Shown here: piece after piece, positions 1 to 14,696 of the stretch
How positions within the stretch are numbered: the stretch's first letter is position 1
Layout of the letters: each line of letters starts with the position of its first letter
Assembly: GCA_013265495.1 (NCBI GenBank)
Contig: MU058198.1
Coordinates: 446,419-510,418 of the forward strand
DNA length: 64,000 bases
Direction: 5' to 3'
Origin: Vicugna vicugna
Taxonomy: Eukaryota
Translations under genes and position numbers: made by a program
The notes under the pieces: generated by a model
What the model saw: only the letters and a program-made list of their open reading frames with translations
Told to the model about the DNA's origin: nothing
Database searches by the model: none

Positions 1-1097
1 GAAAGTTATCATCTATTTCTTATCTGTCAAGAATGAAAATTGAATTTTATCAATGCTTTCTCTGCATCTGTTGGGATAATCATATCATTATTCTGTTAAG
101 GTGGTGAATTACATTAATTAATTTTCAAATAGAAAACAAACCTACCAGATAGTGATTAAATTATAAGCACAGACATAAAGCATTCAAAGAATAAGGGTGT
201 CTGCTTGTTCATGATGTGGGCAAAGAGCTTATATTCTGAGACTGAAAATATGAGACCAACAATCTTTGCTTCTCTCCTTGCCAGAAGTAAGGAGATTAAC
301 TTAACAAACCTTCACTTCCTGCCAGATGAGTACATAGCCAGCCAAGAAACCTCAGGAGTGGAGTCACTGAAGAGAAAATCAAAGCCCAGTTCCACAGGGA
401 GACACCACCCTCCAACACACAAGCCACTTCATAAATGAAAATCTCCCGAAAGGCCATCACTCAATGGGAGAGGAAGCCGGGCATGGCACTTAAAACCTTG
501 GGCTCTGAAGCTTGGCTGCCTGGGTTCCAATTCTGGGTCTGCCTCGTCCTAGTCAAATATTTTAACCTCTCTGAGCCATGCAAATGACGAACACCTATGT
601 GAAAGGTTCTTGTGAGGATTAACTGAGATCATATGAGTAAAACATTTCACACAATGCCTGGTTCACACTGAAGGCGCAATAAAGGTTAGTTTTTTATTCT
701 TTTTTGCTCCAAACATGATGTTCACTTAAACCTCTAAAGTGGATGGTTAAAATTCTAAGTTTCTAGTGAAACCCCTTGGAAGTATGTTTACACTCTCCCA
801 ATAAAACAACAATTAGAATAGTTCATTGAGTAGATTTTACCAATGGAATTTTATAGGTTTTAAAATGATAATAATGGAGACAGTTATTTCTTCCATTTAG
901 CCTGTCATGTTCCTTGCAAACGTCACAACATTTCCATTTTAGCAGTTTTGAGGAGATGCTTGTCAACTGTTTTGCTTCATGGCGGAAACTATATAATCCT
1001 AAAAGTTATTCTCCCCCTGACTCTGCTATGTCACCCAAATGTTCCAATGTTTTTTTCTAATTTTATATTTTGGGATAACTGTCAATTTTCATATTCT

Positions 1098-1487
1098 TGC
1101 TATGGACTAAATTGTGTCATGTCCCCCCCACCCCCCCCCACCAAAATGATATGTTGGAATTCTAACCCCCATCATGATGGCTGGTAGTTGGAAATGGGCC
1201 TTTGGGAGGTGATGTGGTTTAGGTTAAGATCATGACGGTGGGGCCCTCATGATAGGGTTAGTCCTTTTATAAGAAAAAGCGCCAAGCTTGCTCATGTATG
1301 CTCTCTCTCTCCTCTCTCCCTCCCTCCCCCTTAAGCCCACATAAGCAGGAGGTCGTGCCAGGACACAGGGAGAAGGGGGCCCCAATCTCAAACTTCCAGT
1401 CTCCAGATCTGTAAGAAAATCAATTTCTGCTGTCTCAGCCACTCAAGTCTATGGATCTGGTTCCGGCAGCCTGGGCAGACAAATGCA
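1098..1487 (+). mobile_element. MaLR LTR (MLT1A-like)
   Basis: TGCTATGGACTAAATTGTGTC start; typical MLT1 body and end. Confidence 0.75.
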
Positions 1488-1490
1488 ATA

Positions 1491-1905
1491 CAGGCACACC
1501 TCACGTTATTGTGTTTCACTCTATTGTACTTTGCAGACATTTTATTTTTCACAAATGGTAGGTTTGTGGCAACGCTGAATCAAGCAAGTCTCTCAGCACT
1601 GCTTTCCCGGCAGCATTTGCTCGCGCTGTGTCTCTCTGTCACATTCTGGTAATTCTCACAATATTTCAAACCCTCCACCAGCAGAAAGACTGTGACTCAC
1701 TGAAGGCCCAGATGATGGTTAGCAATTTGTAGCAATAAAGTATTTTTAAATTAAGGTGTGTACACTGTTTTTTTAGATATAATGCTATTGTACACTTAAC
1801 AGATGACAGTATAGTGTAAGCACTTCCTGTGACTCATTTTGTGATTATATCCGCTTTACTGCGGTGGTCTGGCACCAACCCCGCAGTATCTCCAAGGTCG
1901 GCCTG
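1491..1905 (+). mobile_element. Tigger1 deletion derivative (TcMar)
   Basis: TA-CAGGCA...GCCTG-TA termini; homologous to 38864-39346. Confidence 0.85.
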
Positions 1906-2397
1906 TACCTGGTCCCAGTTCTCACCAGTATGGGGAAGCAGGGATATTTAGTATTTTCAGGGCCATGGGTGTCTCTGGCAGTCTCATGAGGCCTACTGAA
2001 CCCCACCTTGGAATGTTATTTTTAAATGCACAAAATATAAGTGGATATACAATGGTCATAATATTAGAAACTAAATTTGTGATAGATTAATGCATGAACA
2101 CCTTCACTAGCACGTGAAGGAACAAGATCCTAGTGGCAGATCCAATCTCTGCTGTAATTTCAAAGTAGTGATGAGCACGGATGCTCTTCCCAGACAGCTG
2201 GAGGGGACGGGAAGACATCTGCGATCTCGCTGGGGACAAAGACCCAGGCTCTGTCCATTCTAACCGTGGTTTGTTGCTCGCATTCATCATGGAAGGAAAT
2301 GCTACCTCCCACCTGGAGGTCAGGAAAAACGAAGCTGTATTTCCTCCAGGCCCAGGTGACTTCCCTGGAGGAGCCCGAGCAACGTAGGGGGCGGTAC

Positions 2398-2546
2398 CTT
2401 CTATGCTGCGAATGTCCTCCCGCCACAGCTCCAGGTGGGTCGCCATCTCGCGAGCCTTCTCTATGAACCTCTTCCAAGACTTGCTGCTGTACCGTTTCCA
2501 CTGGTCCCACTCAGATAAGTACTTCATTTGGGTCTCCTGAATGTCC
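2398..2546 (-). CDS. TMC7: TMC7 coding exon 3 ([27 protein letters not shown]...[11 protein letters not shown])
   Basis: ORF 2087..2527 contains the peptide. Acceptor TTTTTTTAACGCAG, donor AAG|GTACCG, 149 nt. It ends just before the conserved TMC (K)FGT motif; the next exon was not seen in the window. Confidence 0.96.
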
Positions 2547-2619
2547 CTGCGTTAAAAAAAACGAGCATGACAGTGACAATGGCAGTGTTGTCAAGCCTCA
2601 GCATTAAATGAAACCCCAG

Positions 2620-3130
2620 CCGAGAGGGCGTGGAAAATCTGGAGCCCTCATACACTGCTGATGGGAACGTAAAACGGTGCAGCCACTGGGAAAAGTTTGG
2701 CCATTCCTCGAAGAATTGCCATATGACCCAGCAATTCCCCTCCACTCCGAGGTAGGTACTGCAAAGGAATTGAAAACAGTGTGTCCAGCAAAAACCTGTG
2801 CTGAGTGTTTATAACAGCACTAATAACAATAGCCAAGAGGTGGAAACAACTCAAGTGTAAGCCAGTGAAGGACTGGATAAACAAAGCAAGACCTATCCCT
2901 GCACTATACTATTATACCAGCCATAAAAAGGAATGGGGTACTGAGGCATGCTACAATTTGGATGAAACTTGAAACATGATTCTAAGCTGAAAGAAGTCAG
3001 ACACAAAAGGTTGTATATTGTATGATTCCATTTATATGAAATGTCCAGAATGGCAAATCTATACAGAGAGTAGATCAGTGGGTTGGCAGGAGCTGGGGGG
3101 AGGGGGAACAGACTGACTGCAGACAACAGA
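2620..3130 (+). mobile_element. Old L1M 3' fragment (TMC7 intron 2)
   Basis: GACCCAGCAATTCC, TATGATTCCATTTATATGAAATGTCCAGAA motifs. Confidence 0.8.
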
Positions 3131-3399
3131 GGCTGGGGGGTGGCAGAGCCACAAGATGGAAGGCGCCTGGGTCCCTGAGTGACTGCAAAATCCCTCCTTG
3201 ACCTCAGCCCGAGACTTTCATGTAAGCAAGAAATGAACTTCTCACACTCTGAGATTTTACATGTTTGGGTATTTGTCACAGCAGTTTAGCTTACCCTAAG
3301 TAATTAACTTTTAATTATGTGAACTCTTTGGGAAATACACTCCAGGCATAAAAAGCACCTCTGTCCAAAACATACATCATATATGGCTCCTGGACAAAC

Positions 3400-3643
3400 C
3401 TCAGTCTCCGCTTCTCAGAGATGTTCAGGGCGTACTTCCGAATGGACTGGCTGTCGAGGTTTTCGGTCATTCCTCCCTCCAGCTGGGAGCTGTAAGAGTC
3501 TGTTGGCTTCAGTAAAGTGCCACTTTGCTTGTCTCGGGAAAGGATGGTTGTTCTCCTACGTGCAATGGACCGGTAGCTTGGCAACTCTTGAAGGAAATTC
3601 ACAGGTGGAGAAGAAAAGCAACTGGAGTCCAAAGAGAGGCTCT
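3400..3643 (-). CDS. TMC7: TMC7 coding exon 2 ([24 protein letters not shown]...[11 protein letters not shown])
   Basis: ORF 3315..3674 contains the TMC7 peptide. Pyrimidine tract plus CCCAG acceptor, donor AG|GTTTGT. 244 nt, with phases consistent with both neighbouring exons. Confidence 0.96.
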
Positions 3644-5809
3644 CTGGGTGAGAAAGAAGAAAACTGTTATTCATTCCAGTGAACCTGGGAGCCCAAAACC
3701 AAACCTTACATAGGAGACTTGGATCTCAGACACCCGAAGTAAACGTTGCAGTCACAAGCTTGGGCCACTGACAAAAGCATTTGTACCTTAATTATTTTAT
3801 TTACTAGGATGGCGCTCAAGATAATGAAATCATCAGCAAACGAGTTCACTTTCAGCAAATGTATTTGCAAATACACTTTAAGTTACACGATACCTGAGTT
3901 TTAGTGTTTGGCTGCAGACACTTGCTAAATGTGTGGCCCCAAGTTATCTAAATCCTGTTCTTCATTTGTCAAATGGGGCTAGTGATATAGTTGCCCCAAC
4001 TATCCTCACACAGCATAAGGCATACGATGTATGGGATAAAACTGAAAAGCATAACCTGCTAGGCAAATACACAGTGATAACAATATCGACGACAACAACA
4101 ATAATAATAATAGCATTTACGGAGCATTCCCTACGCACCAGGCACTGTGTTGAGCTCCACACGCACTCATGGGATCTGCGCTGGCCTTGTGATCTGGCTG
4201 GACCACAGAACGCAGCACAAGTGAAGCTGTGTCTGTTTTAAGTGTAGCCCTGGGAGGCCTTGCCAGCCTCTGCTGCTCTCTGGACGCCAGCTGCTGCTGC
4301 CGTGTGAACAAGTCCGAGCTAACCGGCTGACGGATGATGCAAGGTGGGGCAGGGATGATCACCCTAGACGGGACCATCCTGGCCAGCCTACAGCCAGCCA
4401 TCTCCCAAGTGACCACAGATGCTCACACGTCCTGAGGTAGGTAATACCACAATCCCCATTTTACAGATGAGAAAATAAAGTCACTGGGGGGTTCCCCAAC
4501 CCCTTGCCCAAGCCCTCAAAGTCCTGCATGATCTGACTCCTGCCCACCTCTCCAGTTCCTCGGGCTCTCTGCCCTCCAAACACATGTCTGAGGACCCTTC
4601 CTATACTAAAATGGGCCCATGTCCTCCTCCTCAGAGCCTTTGCAGATGCTGTTCCCTCTGCCTGGAATAAACCTGCCCCATCTCTTTATCCTAGTAGCTC
4701 CTAGTCAAATGTCACTTCCTCAGGGAAAAGGTCTCTGCCTCACTGCACTATTACAGGTAGCTTGTGACCCATTTTCCCACACACAGGAAGTCCTTCACAG
4801 CACGTATCATAATCTATAACCATGTATTTACGTGTGTGACTGTGTGAGGACATCTGTCTTGCCCAGTGAACTAAGTTCTCAGAGGACGGGTGATGGATTT
4901 CCTCACTATTGCAACTCAGGACCTAGCAGCACCCTTGGCTCGGAGTAGTTCAATAAACACCCAGTGGACGGATGGATGAGTGGGTGACCTTCGTAACTTG
5001 CCCATGCTTCGAGAGCCTGGGAGTGGGGCCCTGGAAACAGAGCCAGGTCTGCCTACTCAAGAATCTATATTCACTCTGCTCTATCAAGCCAAATTTTGCT
5101 GTGTCCTGTGCAGCGGTCCAAGGAAGGAGAGCTTTCTGTTGAAGGTAAGGAACGAATGCCACCTTCAAGATGGGTTTTATGTCTGATCTGATTTTAGTTT
5201 GAGAAGAGCACCCTAAGTGAAGACAAGACATGGAGTCGGGAGGGAGGAGGCAGCTGTAAGCACTGACCCCCACAGGTAGCAAAGCTTCTACAGTTTAATG
5301 TTAGATACTAAATTGCTTGGGTTTGAATCCATGCTCTGTCGATTACCAGCTGTGCGTCTTTGGGAAATTTACTTAACCTCTCTGAGATTCTGTTTCCTCT
5401 TCTCAAAAACTCATTCATTCACCAAATATACCTACCATGTGTCAGATCTGGAGCTACGAATACCACAGTGAACAAAGCAACACCCTACTCACATGGCACT
5501 TACATTCTGAGGTGGGGGCACAGGGAGATCAGACAATACACAGGCAATAAATGTTATGCCAGGTGATGATGAGTACCATTTAAAAAAGAGTGGGGTGAGG
5601 GGACAGAAGTGATGAGTGGGATACACTGTTTTTCATAAGGTGGGGTTAGGCATGGTTTCTCTGCTGCGGCAGCATTTAAGCTGAGGCTGAATAAAGAGAG
5701 GGTGTTTTGGGGAAGAGTGTCCTGGAGGAGGAAAACAGCAAGTGCAAAGGCCCTGAGGCAGCAGTGAACGTGGCATGTCTGAGGAAGAGCACAGAGGCTT
5801 TGGTGGCTA

Positions 5810-6360
5810 GAGAAGAGTAAATGAATGAGAGCTCACAGGCGCCTTTGTTGGTGGCCCTTGAAGAGCCATCCAGCCCTCTGTGGTCCCCTTCCCTTTGAAT
5901 CCAGGCTGGATCTGTCACCTGCTTTAACCAAAGGCTGCAACAGAAGTGACACTCTGCCAGTTTCAGACCCAAGCCTTAAAAGGGCCTGGAAGCTTCCACC
6001 TTTGCACTGTTGGGAGTCCGGGGCTGCTGTGTAAGAAGTCCCCCAATGCTGCTGGCCGATCACATGGAGAGAAAGAGGCCCCAAGCCTCCAAGAAGGACA
6101 ACCAAGGAACTGGCTGACAGTGAGAACCAAAGTCCAGGGCTTATGGCCCCAGCGAGCCATTGCAGCCAGTCCCCAGCCCTCCAGGTCATCCTCACCGTGG
6201 GCAGGAAGAGGCCACCGGATGCTCAGACCCAGGAGACATGACACACAGCTGAGCAAACTGTCTCCTCTGTAGCTGCAGATTTCCTGAGCACGGAATTAGC
6301 AGAAGTGATAAAACGGCTTAAGCCATCACGTTTAGAGCAATCTGTAAGCAACAATAGGTA
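5810..6360 (+). mobile_element. MaLR LTR (MLT1E/F/G-like)
   Basis: CCCTTTGAATCCAGGCTGG...GAAGTGACACT.TGCCAGTT..., TTAAGCCA end. Confidence 0.6.
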
Positions 6361-9300
6361 GCTGGGACACGAAGAATGGGAAAGTGGGGTCAGAGACGGG
6401 GCCAGGTCACCCTTGGATGGGGCAGACAGGCAGCCACTCAGGGCTCTAAGCCAAAGCATGTGACCTGACCATGTTTTGAAGCATCACTCTGTGGCTGCGA
6501 GGCTAAGGATGTGAGCCATCACAGGGGTCAGCTTACAAGAATCAAAGGCAATCACGTAGGTAGTAACACTGCGCACGGTGTCCGGCACAGGGTGGATCGG
6601 GCTTCATAAATATACTCGTAGCTAATGGGGCGAGGGAGCGTGGGAGGAGGGGACCAGCTGGGGCCTTGATCTGAGCTGCAGTCTGACAGTGCAGATCTGT
6701 AATCCTTGCTTCTCTGATGGGCATGTTCACACACAACGGAACAGCTGTCCCATTGCTGATGACACCCAGACATGCGTCCGGGGCCCTGCCAGTGGCCAAG
6801 GCCAAGCCTGCAAATCCCACTCAACCTGTCATGTCCCTGCCCCAGCACACCCTGGGGGCGTGACACACTTCCATTAGCAAGGGTGGCTCCCTGAGCAAAA
6901 GCAGGGAGGGTGGGGAGTCGGGGGCCTGAAGGCTACAAGGTCCAGCCCCAGCTGGAGGCCGCTCTGCCCTCCCCTCCGGACAGCAACAAAGGGCTGTTAT
7001 TAACCAAGAACAAAGGCCTTTGAATATGGAGCCACACCGACCTGCTGAATATTCAGCAGCCCTGGGGTCAGGGACTGAGGGCTGGAGCTGGAGCCGAGGC
7101 TGGCTTTCGCCCACTAGCCAGGCCACCCCAGGAGAGACAATGACTGTCTCTGAGTCACTGTTTTGCATCTACAGAACGGAGGATATAACACCGTGACCTC
7201 ATCAGCGTGATCATGAGGACAAAGCTGCAAACAACCTAAGGAATACTGGCTGGGAATTTTTGAGCACTTACCTTATTCCAGGCTATCTGAAGTACACACG
7301 TGCATCAGCACACTTAATACTGTGAACTCCTCTTTGAACAGAATTATCCTATTTTACAGACGAAGAAACTGAGGCTCGGAGAGGTTAGGTGCCTTTCCCA
7401 CTCACTCCGCTAGCAGGTGCTGGAACTAGGAGCCCATTACAGGTCTGTCCAATGCCGAAGCTGTAGTCTTTACTATGAAACCATTCAATGGGCTATGGAC
7501 CTGCAGTGCTTCAGAGACACTAAGATGCCACACAAATTAACCACTCGACAGTTCCTGCATCCACTCCGCAGGAGAGATACAACCTATTCACACTTCAAAA
7601 CAACAGTCCCTGGTAGAAAATTCTATTTTTAAAATGACCATCACGGAAGAGGAATGCTTTCTCAGACATCCCTGGGAAGTTCTCCATCTTCAAGTTAAAA
7701 AAAAAAATCACAGCCATACCTTTGAACACAGGCATCATTATTTTTATAGCTGATCCACCACTAACTGTTTGCACATAGGACCACACGCTTCCCAGAGCAT
7801 GACATCAACAATTTCTCACGCCAACCTACAGGGAAGACATCGCTGCCCTGGCCTTTCAACAGGGAAGCTGAGACTTGGAGAGACGGCGGCTTGCCCAAGG
7901 CTTTGATGTCAAGATAGACTCCTGGTTCTACCACCTCTTAGAAAGGCAAGTCGCGTCACCTCCCTGAGCCCTGGTTTTCTCATCTTTAGAGGACAAGACG
8001 GTCTCATTACAACTATTGTCAGATGTTCTCCTGAGCTGGTCACTTAAGCCTGTCGGGGTGTGAGCTGCTGGATGACCACGTGCATGGGAGGCGGGAGCGT
8101 AGCTCAGACATCGGGGTGCCTCCGCCTAGGGATGCCTAGATCCTGTTGGCCACTGGAGTCAGATTTCAGCAAGGAGGAGGTTCCTCAGGTGGGAGGATGA
8201 CTGGGTAATTACAGGAGATGTGGGGGCAGGAGCAGGCATAACTACTTCTGGGACCCGGTGTTCTTCCAGGTTAAGGATAAAGGTGGTCTCTCTGAGGCTT
8301 AGCGCAGTATCTTGGGCACTGAAAACCTTCCATCTGAAGAATGAATGAATGAATGGGCAGAGGCAGGCACATCTGGAGAGCATCCTTAGGTCCCAATTTT
8401 CTTGCCAGCTCTTTCTACAGGACACCAAATCCTACCAACGGAGTACAAACACTCCCAGAACATGGGCACAGGCCAACTGTCATCTAAGTGGCACTGAACC
8501 TACCACCAGCCTCCCTCGAGAGCTTGCCAAGAGCCTAGCCTGACCGTATTTGGTGCTGGAGTCACTTTAGGGTTTTTCTTCCCACCCTCAGGATTATGGA
8601 AACTCTGGGTAAGAAGGGACCTTCTGGGTCATCTGGCCCAGGCATCTGGCCAGCTGCTGTGGGAATTAGTTCTGTTTGATACCTTGCATGGAGCCCCTCT
8701 CTGCATGGGACTCCTGCTTCCTGCTTCGATGAGCTTTCACTCTCTCCTCCAATGAGCACGTGTCTCCTCACCCCCAGTCCACTGCATCCCCGTCATTATT
8801 CCATCCTCCTCCCTACCTGTTTACTTAAATATTGCCTCTGACCCTCTCCCTCCCCTATTAGACGGTAACCTCCATGAGGAAAGGGGTCCCATCTCTCTCC
8901 CTCACCACGGAATCCCCAGGCTCTGGCACAGAGCTGGACACACGGTAGATGCTTACTAAAAACCTGCTAAATGAATGAATGCATTCATGAATGAATCACG
9001 AATAATTGAATTCTGTGCTGGGGATACCAGCAATATTGGATCACCCACTAGGTAGACCAAAGTATTATGTTTAGTACACCAGCAAAACAGGGGCACCAAA
9101 AAAAGAGAAAAAGATAAAAGGAATTTAAGCATGTAATATTATTCTTTTCTTTAGGGATGATTTTTTTCCCACAATTGAAAAAGCTGGCAAAAAAATATCA
9201 ATTGAGATACTGATCCTATATTACATTCTTCCTATATCAGGTGCTTTACACAAGCCAGCCCTACTAGACACATGCGTGTACACCCTGTTTGATGTTACCA

Positions 9301-10904
9301 ATAAGGCAATGCAGACATCGATTTCAGGACTTTTTGACTTCTCTTCACTCATGTCTACGTGTGTGACATTGTTTTTATTTTGGATGCTAACTGGAGCTGG
9401 GGCACTTGAATAATCTGTGCTCACAGCTACCAAAGGGTCTTAACCCAAGGGCACACAATCCAGGGGATTTGGTTGAAGCTGCTATGACATCTCCACCAAG
9501 TGCTCAAAAGCCTCCGAGGCCAGGGACTCATCAAGGCCCTACTCCTGGAAAGGCCACCCACCCATCCATCTAGCCATTCACTCATTCACTTGAAAAGATT
9601 TACTGAGCAACTGCTAAGTTCCACGCACTGTTCTAGGACTGGGACATAGCCTTGAATACGACACACAAACCCTCCATCTTTATGGGATTGACAATCTAGC
9701 TGGAGGAGACAGACAGTAAACAAGTAAGAACAGTGTATTTCAAATGGTGAGAAATGTGTGGAGAAAAACAAGGCAGGGGTGTGTCTGAGCAAAGCCTGAA
9801 GGGAGGGAGGGAAAGAGCCACAGGGTTACCTGGGAGAAGAGCATCCAAGAAGACAGAGATGAGCAAGGTAGAGATAGAAAGAGCAAGTGCAAAGGCCCAG
9901 AGGCAGAACCAAGCCCAGTCAGTTCAAGTAACAAGAAGGAGGCCAGTGTGGCTGAAGGAGAGTCAGCAGGGCTGACTTATGTGGTAGGAGGTCAGGGTAG
10001 AAACAAGCCAGGCCACACGGGGCCTGTGGGCCATGGTGAGATCATGGCTTTTACCTGGGGCAGGTGGGAACCAAGGGGAGTTCTGAGCAGAGAAATGACA
10101 TATCTGGCTCAGATTTAACAGGATCTCTCTGGCCAGCCATGTGGCTATTTCTGTCCTTGAGCTACACGGGCTGGCACGGCTATCTATGTCCCGTGGCAGG
10201 GCATCACATGTCAGGCCGCACTGTCCTGCAGTGACAAATGTGTTCTATAACGGTTACTGTTTAGTTTGGTGACCATGAGCCACATGCGCCTACTGGGTAA
10301 CTGAGATGGCTGATGAGAGAGGAAATGAATTTTTAATTTTATCAGACTTTATTAAACTTACATTTACAGCCATTTACTATATTGGGCAAGACAGAGGGGC
10401 CTTCTTCATGGGGACCAGAGCCTAGTCTGAGAGGGGAGGGCCTTGGGAGCCTCCTCCATCTGCCAGACGTCAGAACTGCAGGGCAGGGAGGACCTGCATG
10501 AGTCATATCCCTTGGCACCTGGGTGGGGCCTGGAGACTGGCTGGGTCCAAGGCTTTATGACCAGGTGAGCAAACAGCCTTCAGGAACAGTGATTCACTGG
10601 GTGATCAGAGTCATGCTGGGCCCTGAACTCAGGTCCCCTGGCTTCCAAGCCAGTAGGGTACCTGGTGGGCTGTCCATGGAGCAGTTACTATGATTCCATC
10701 TGTCTGAGAAGGTGACAAGCCACAGTGGTTAAGAGAACTGGCTCCAAAGCCCGCTGCCTGCATGCTAACCCTGGGTCCACTTGCCACTTGTGTGGCCTGG
10801 GATGTTTCTTGACCATTCTGGGCCTCAGTTTTCCCACCTGTAGCATGGGCGTAGTAGTTCCCACCTCACACAGCCGTCCTGAGGGTTAGATGGCCATCGT
10901 ATGT

Positions 10905-11100
10905 AAAGTGCTCCGAAAAGATCAGGTAGTAAATACTGTTACCACATGGTCCCTGGCACAACTATTCAACTCTGCCACTGTAGCAGGAAGGCAGCCAGAA
11001 TCCATACGAGTGTGCATGACTGCTTTCCAATAAAGCTTTATTTATAAAAATAGGTGGTGGCCCAGATTGGGCCCAGGGGCTGTAGTTTGCAGACCGCTGG
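10905..11100. mobile_element. MER58A-like DNA transposon
   Basis: CAACTATTCAACTCTGCC...CCAATAAAGCTTTATTTATAAAAA...TAGTTTGC. Confidence 0.7.
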
Positions 11101-12799
11101 CTTGAAGCAGTGCCCGGCGCATAGGGCTAGCTGCTTGAAGTTAGGATTCTGGTTATTTGTTGATGAACTTCATGTACATGAAGACTTAAATTTGCATGGG
11201 GCGGTGCTTCCTGCTACGGACCAAGTTAACTCTCTATATGGACTGTTTATCTTTCTTGGCTGGGACCTCTCCAAAAAGATTTCTAGTATTTCTGGAAGTG
11301 CCAATAATAAGTTAGCCTTTACTGAGCACTGACCACGTGCCGTGATGATGTCAAACCCTTTAACACACAAATGTCCTGTGACCCTCAAAATAGGCCCTCC
11401 TATGTAATACCCTCATTCTGTAACATGGAAGGTTCAGAGAAGAGAAAAACTTTGCCCAAGGCTAACCTAAGGTCTGACCAATACAGGCAAAGACCTCAGC
11501 GTATCTTACTCACTCTTACACCCCTGGCAATTAGCATGGGGGCCCGGCATATAATAGCTGCTCAAAAAAACCTGTCAAATGGATACACGGTCACGGAAGC
11601 TCTAGGTTCACAACATTAACATCCTTCTGTTTCTGATCAAGTAACTCCTCAGGGCCTCAGTTTCCATGGGGGTAAAATGGGTGAATAATACCTACTACAC
11701 TGAGTTGCTGCAAGGAATTCAAGAAAGTGACACATTTGAGTCCAAAATCCAACAGCTGACCAGGGCCCTCCAGAGCCTCAGGAAAGGGCTCCTGCTGGTC
11801 CGACCTCATCCCTCCTCCTCCTCTCTCCACTCCAACCTCAGGTACACGGAGCTCATTCCCACTCTGGCTCTCTGCTCTTCCCGTGGCCCCTCCGAACGCT
11901 TCCCACCCGTGCTTCACCCCCGCCTGCACTGGCCCCTGCACATCCTCGGGCCTTGGCTCAGCAGTCCCCTCCCCGCATAGACCTTCCCAAGCATGACCAC
12001 GCCCCCGAGACAGGCCGCTCCCCCTCTGTCTCGTTACCTGCTTGTTCCTTCTCAGAAGTTGTGGTTTCCTGTAACTACCCTCTCCTCTACCTGTTTAGTG
12101 TTTCCCCTGCTGGACTAGAAGCTTCATGAAAGCTTGTCCCCTGCCTGCCTCTTTCATCACCAGGCCCCACGCCTGGTACTTTTGGCTCAGGGTCAGTTCC
12201 TGGCCCCTTCCTCCCAGCAGGGGCTGGGGGGGAGCCCCACAGGAGGACTGGGTGGTCCCACAGCCAAACAATGCTCCTTTAAAAAGTGGCCAGAGGGCAA
12301 CAAAGGTTACAACACTGAAAAGTTATTTCCCCCTTTTATCTCTTAAATTCTTCACTTCCTGAAAAAACAAACCAAAAAAAGCCACCGAGGACCTTTGGGT
12401 CTTTGGGCCTAATCAGGGCCTGAGTTGTTGGGCAAGGCTTGGCCTCTTCCAGACAGAGGAGAAAATAACTCAGGTCAGATGGCTGGCTCACCAGAGAGCC
12501 AATGGGCCTGAGCCCGGCGTGTGTGATCTCCAGCTGCGTCCAGACCAGCAGAAGAGCCCTGTGGCCCAGGACACCTTTGATGAGTTACCTGGACGAATGC
12601 ACTTAGCAGGTAAGGTGGGAAAAAAAGAAACACCGCAGGTCAGATGGTTACTTATCTTCAAGTTTCATACAGTCTGTCTGACTAAAATAACCCAAAGCAT
12701 AGTTGTTTAACTACAAAGTATCTAACAGCACAACTCCAGGAAGTATAGGCACACAGCACATGCAGTCATCAAACTTTTAATATTAGGGCCAAAGAAGGC

Positions 12800-12859
<60 letters not shown>
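12800..12859. repeat. (AAT)20 perfect microsatellite
   Basis: Direct reading. Confidence 0.97.
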
Positions 12860-12860
<1 letters not shown>

Positions 12861-13454
12861 CTGCCAACTGCTGCCATTCAAGCGTAGGGCACCTGCCCAC
12901 AGTGGTGATAGATTCTTAAATGCTTATCTCATTAAATCCTCTCAGTTGGGGGAATGATTCTTCACATCTTACAGATAAGAAAACTGAGGCTCAGAGAGGT
13001 AACAGGACTTGCTCAAGGTCACACAGCAGATAACCAGCCAAGTTGTGATTTGTACCTAGAACAGGCAGGCTCCATAAGAGGTTCTCTTCATTTACCTTAA
13101 AAAACAAATAAAAATCAGTTCCAATGCCCCTCACAGGAGAAGTCTAGAAGGGCTGTTTAGTTTTATCCCTTTACCCTTCCAGGAGGGTTCCCTGCTGGGA
13201 ACAGACCAAGCCCTGCCCTCCAGCAGGTGGAGGCAATCCAAATAGTCACATCAGGGTTCTCCAGGTCCCCTCCCTCCAGGGAGCGGTGCCCACTGAGGCC
13301 AGGCCAGGGGCTCTGCAGACATCACACACGTTTCAGTCCTCCCTGGCCACCTCATAACAGCCATCTGGATATCCTGGTTGAGTGACTTGGGGTCCCCCAT
13401 TGAACAATGGACAAACGGTCATAGTCACATCCCACAGAAGGGTCAAGAGTCCCT

Positions 13455-14038
13455 GAGTTTGGCAGTTCCTCAAAAAATTTAACACAGAATTACCATACGA
13501 TCCAGCAATTCCACTCATAGGTAGCCACCCAAAAGAACTGAAAACAGATGCTCAAAAACTTGCACCTGAATGTTCACGGCAGCATTTTTCCTAATAGCCA
13601 AAAGGTAGAAACAACCCAAATGTCCATCAACAGATCAATGGATAAACAAAATGTGGTACATCTATTCAATAGAATATTATTCAGCCATACAAAGGACAGA
13701 AGCACATGCAACAACATGATTGAACTTGGCAAACATGATGCTCAATGAAAGAAGCCAATCACAAAAGGTCATATATTGTATGATTCCATTTACGTGAAAT
13801 ATCCAGAATTGCTAAATCCATAGAGACAGAAAGCAGATCAGCTGTAGCCAGGGGCTGGGGGGGGGGGGGGGATGACTGCTTAATGGGTATAGGGTTTCCT
13901 TTGGGGGTAATGAACATGTTTAGGAACTAGATAGAGGTGATGGTTGTACAGCACTGTGAATGAACTAAATGCTGCTGGATTGTACATATTAAAATGGTTG
14001 ATTCTGTTATGTGAATCATACCTCAATCAAAAAAAAAG
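13455..14038 (+). mobile_element. L1MB-like 3' end with polyA
   Basis: CCAGCAATTCCACTC...TGATTCCATTTACGTGAAATATCCAGAA...CCTCAATC-polyA. Confidence 0.85.
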
Positions 14039-14696
14039 TCACTGCACACATGCTAGCTGAAGGGCTCCAGACTGGAATAAGTGTGTAGTTATATGATGTA
14101 CACTGTGTATATAAAGTGTGCAGTGTGTATGTGACCGGCTGGCATGAAGTACTGACAGGAATACTGTAAATACTTCACAAAGAGTCGTTCTGTTCAACAA
14201 ACACAGAACACGACAGGTACCATGGGGCTGAGGGGCAAAAAGCCCTGGGGGGGGGAAACATATCCTGGGGGACACAGGAGATGAGTGTGGGGTCTTTGTC
14301 TCTTGGAGGAGGTGACATTCAAGCCGAGAGCACAGTGTGAGGAGCCAGGCGCAGGACAAGCAGGTGAAGGAGGGAACAGAGGCTACAGAGGCCTGGAGGA
14401 AAGCACTCGGGGGACCAGACGACAGCTGGGGCCTGGCGGGGAGAAGAGCAGCAGAGGTCGACGTGGAGAGGTAGGCAGGGGCTGGCTCAGAGCGACGACC
14501 CTTTCTAGAGGCCCAGGAACAAGGCGATCCTTTAGCTTCTACTCCTAGCAGAACCTCCACTTTATAGATGGGGAAACTGAGGCTCAGAAAAGGCAGTGAC
14601 CTGCTCAAGGCCACACAGCTTACAAGAGGCCAAGTCAATGTCTGAATCTAAGTCTGTTTAATTCCCAAAATCCCTGCTCTTAAAAATCATACAACT

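Noticed and set aside
1..2397. Search for TMC7 exon 4 (KFGTGIQSYF...)
   Set aside because: Not found by eye; it presumably lies beyond the left edge of the window.
13221..13234. CTCF-like CCAGCAGGTGGAG (similar sequence near 49629)
   Set aside because: It lacks the conserved GGC[A/G] end, so the match is too weak to report.
14039..14638. 199-aa minus-strand ORF
   Set aside because: It is composed of L2- and MIR-derived sequence with no protein features.
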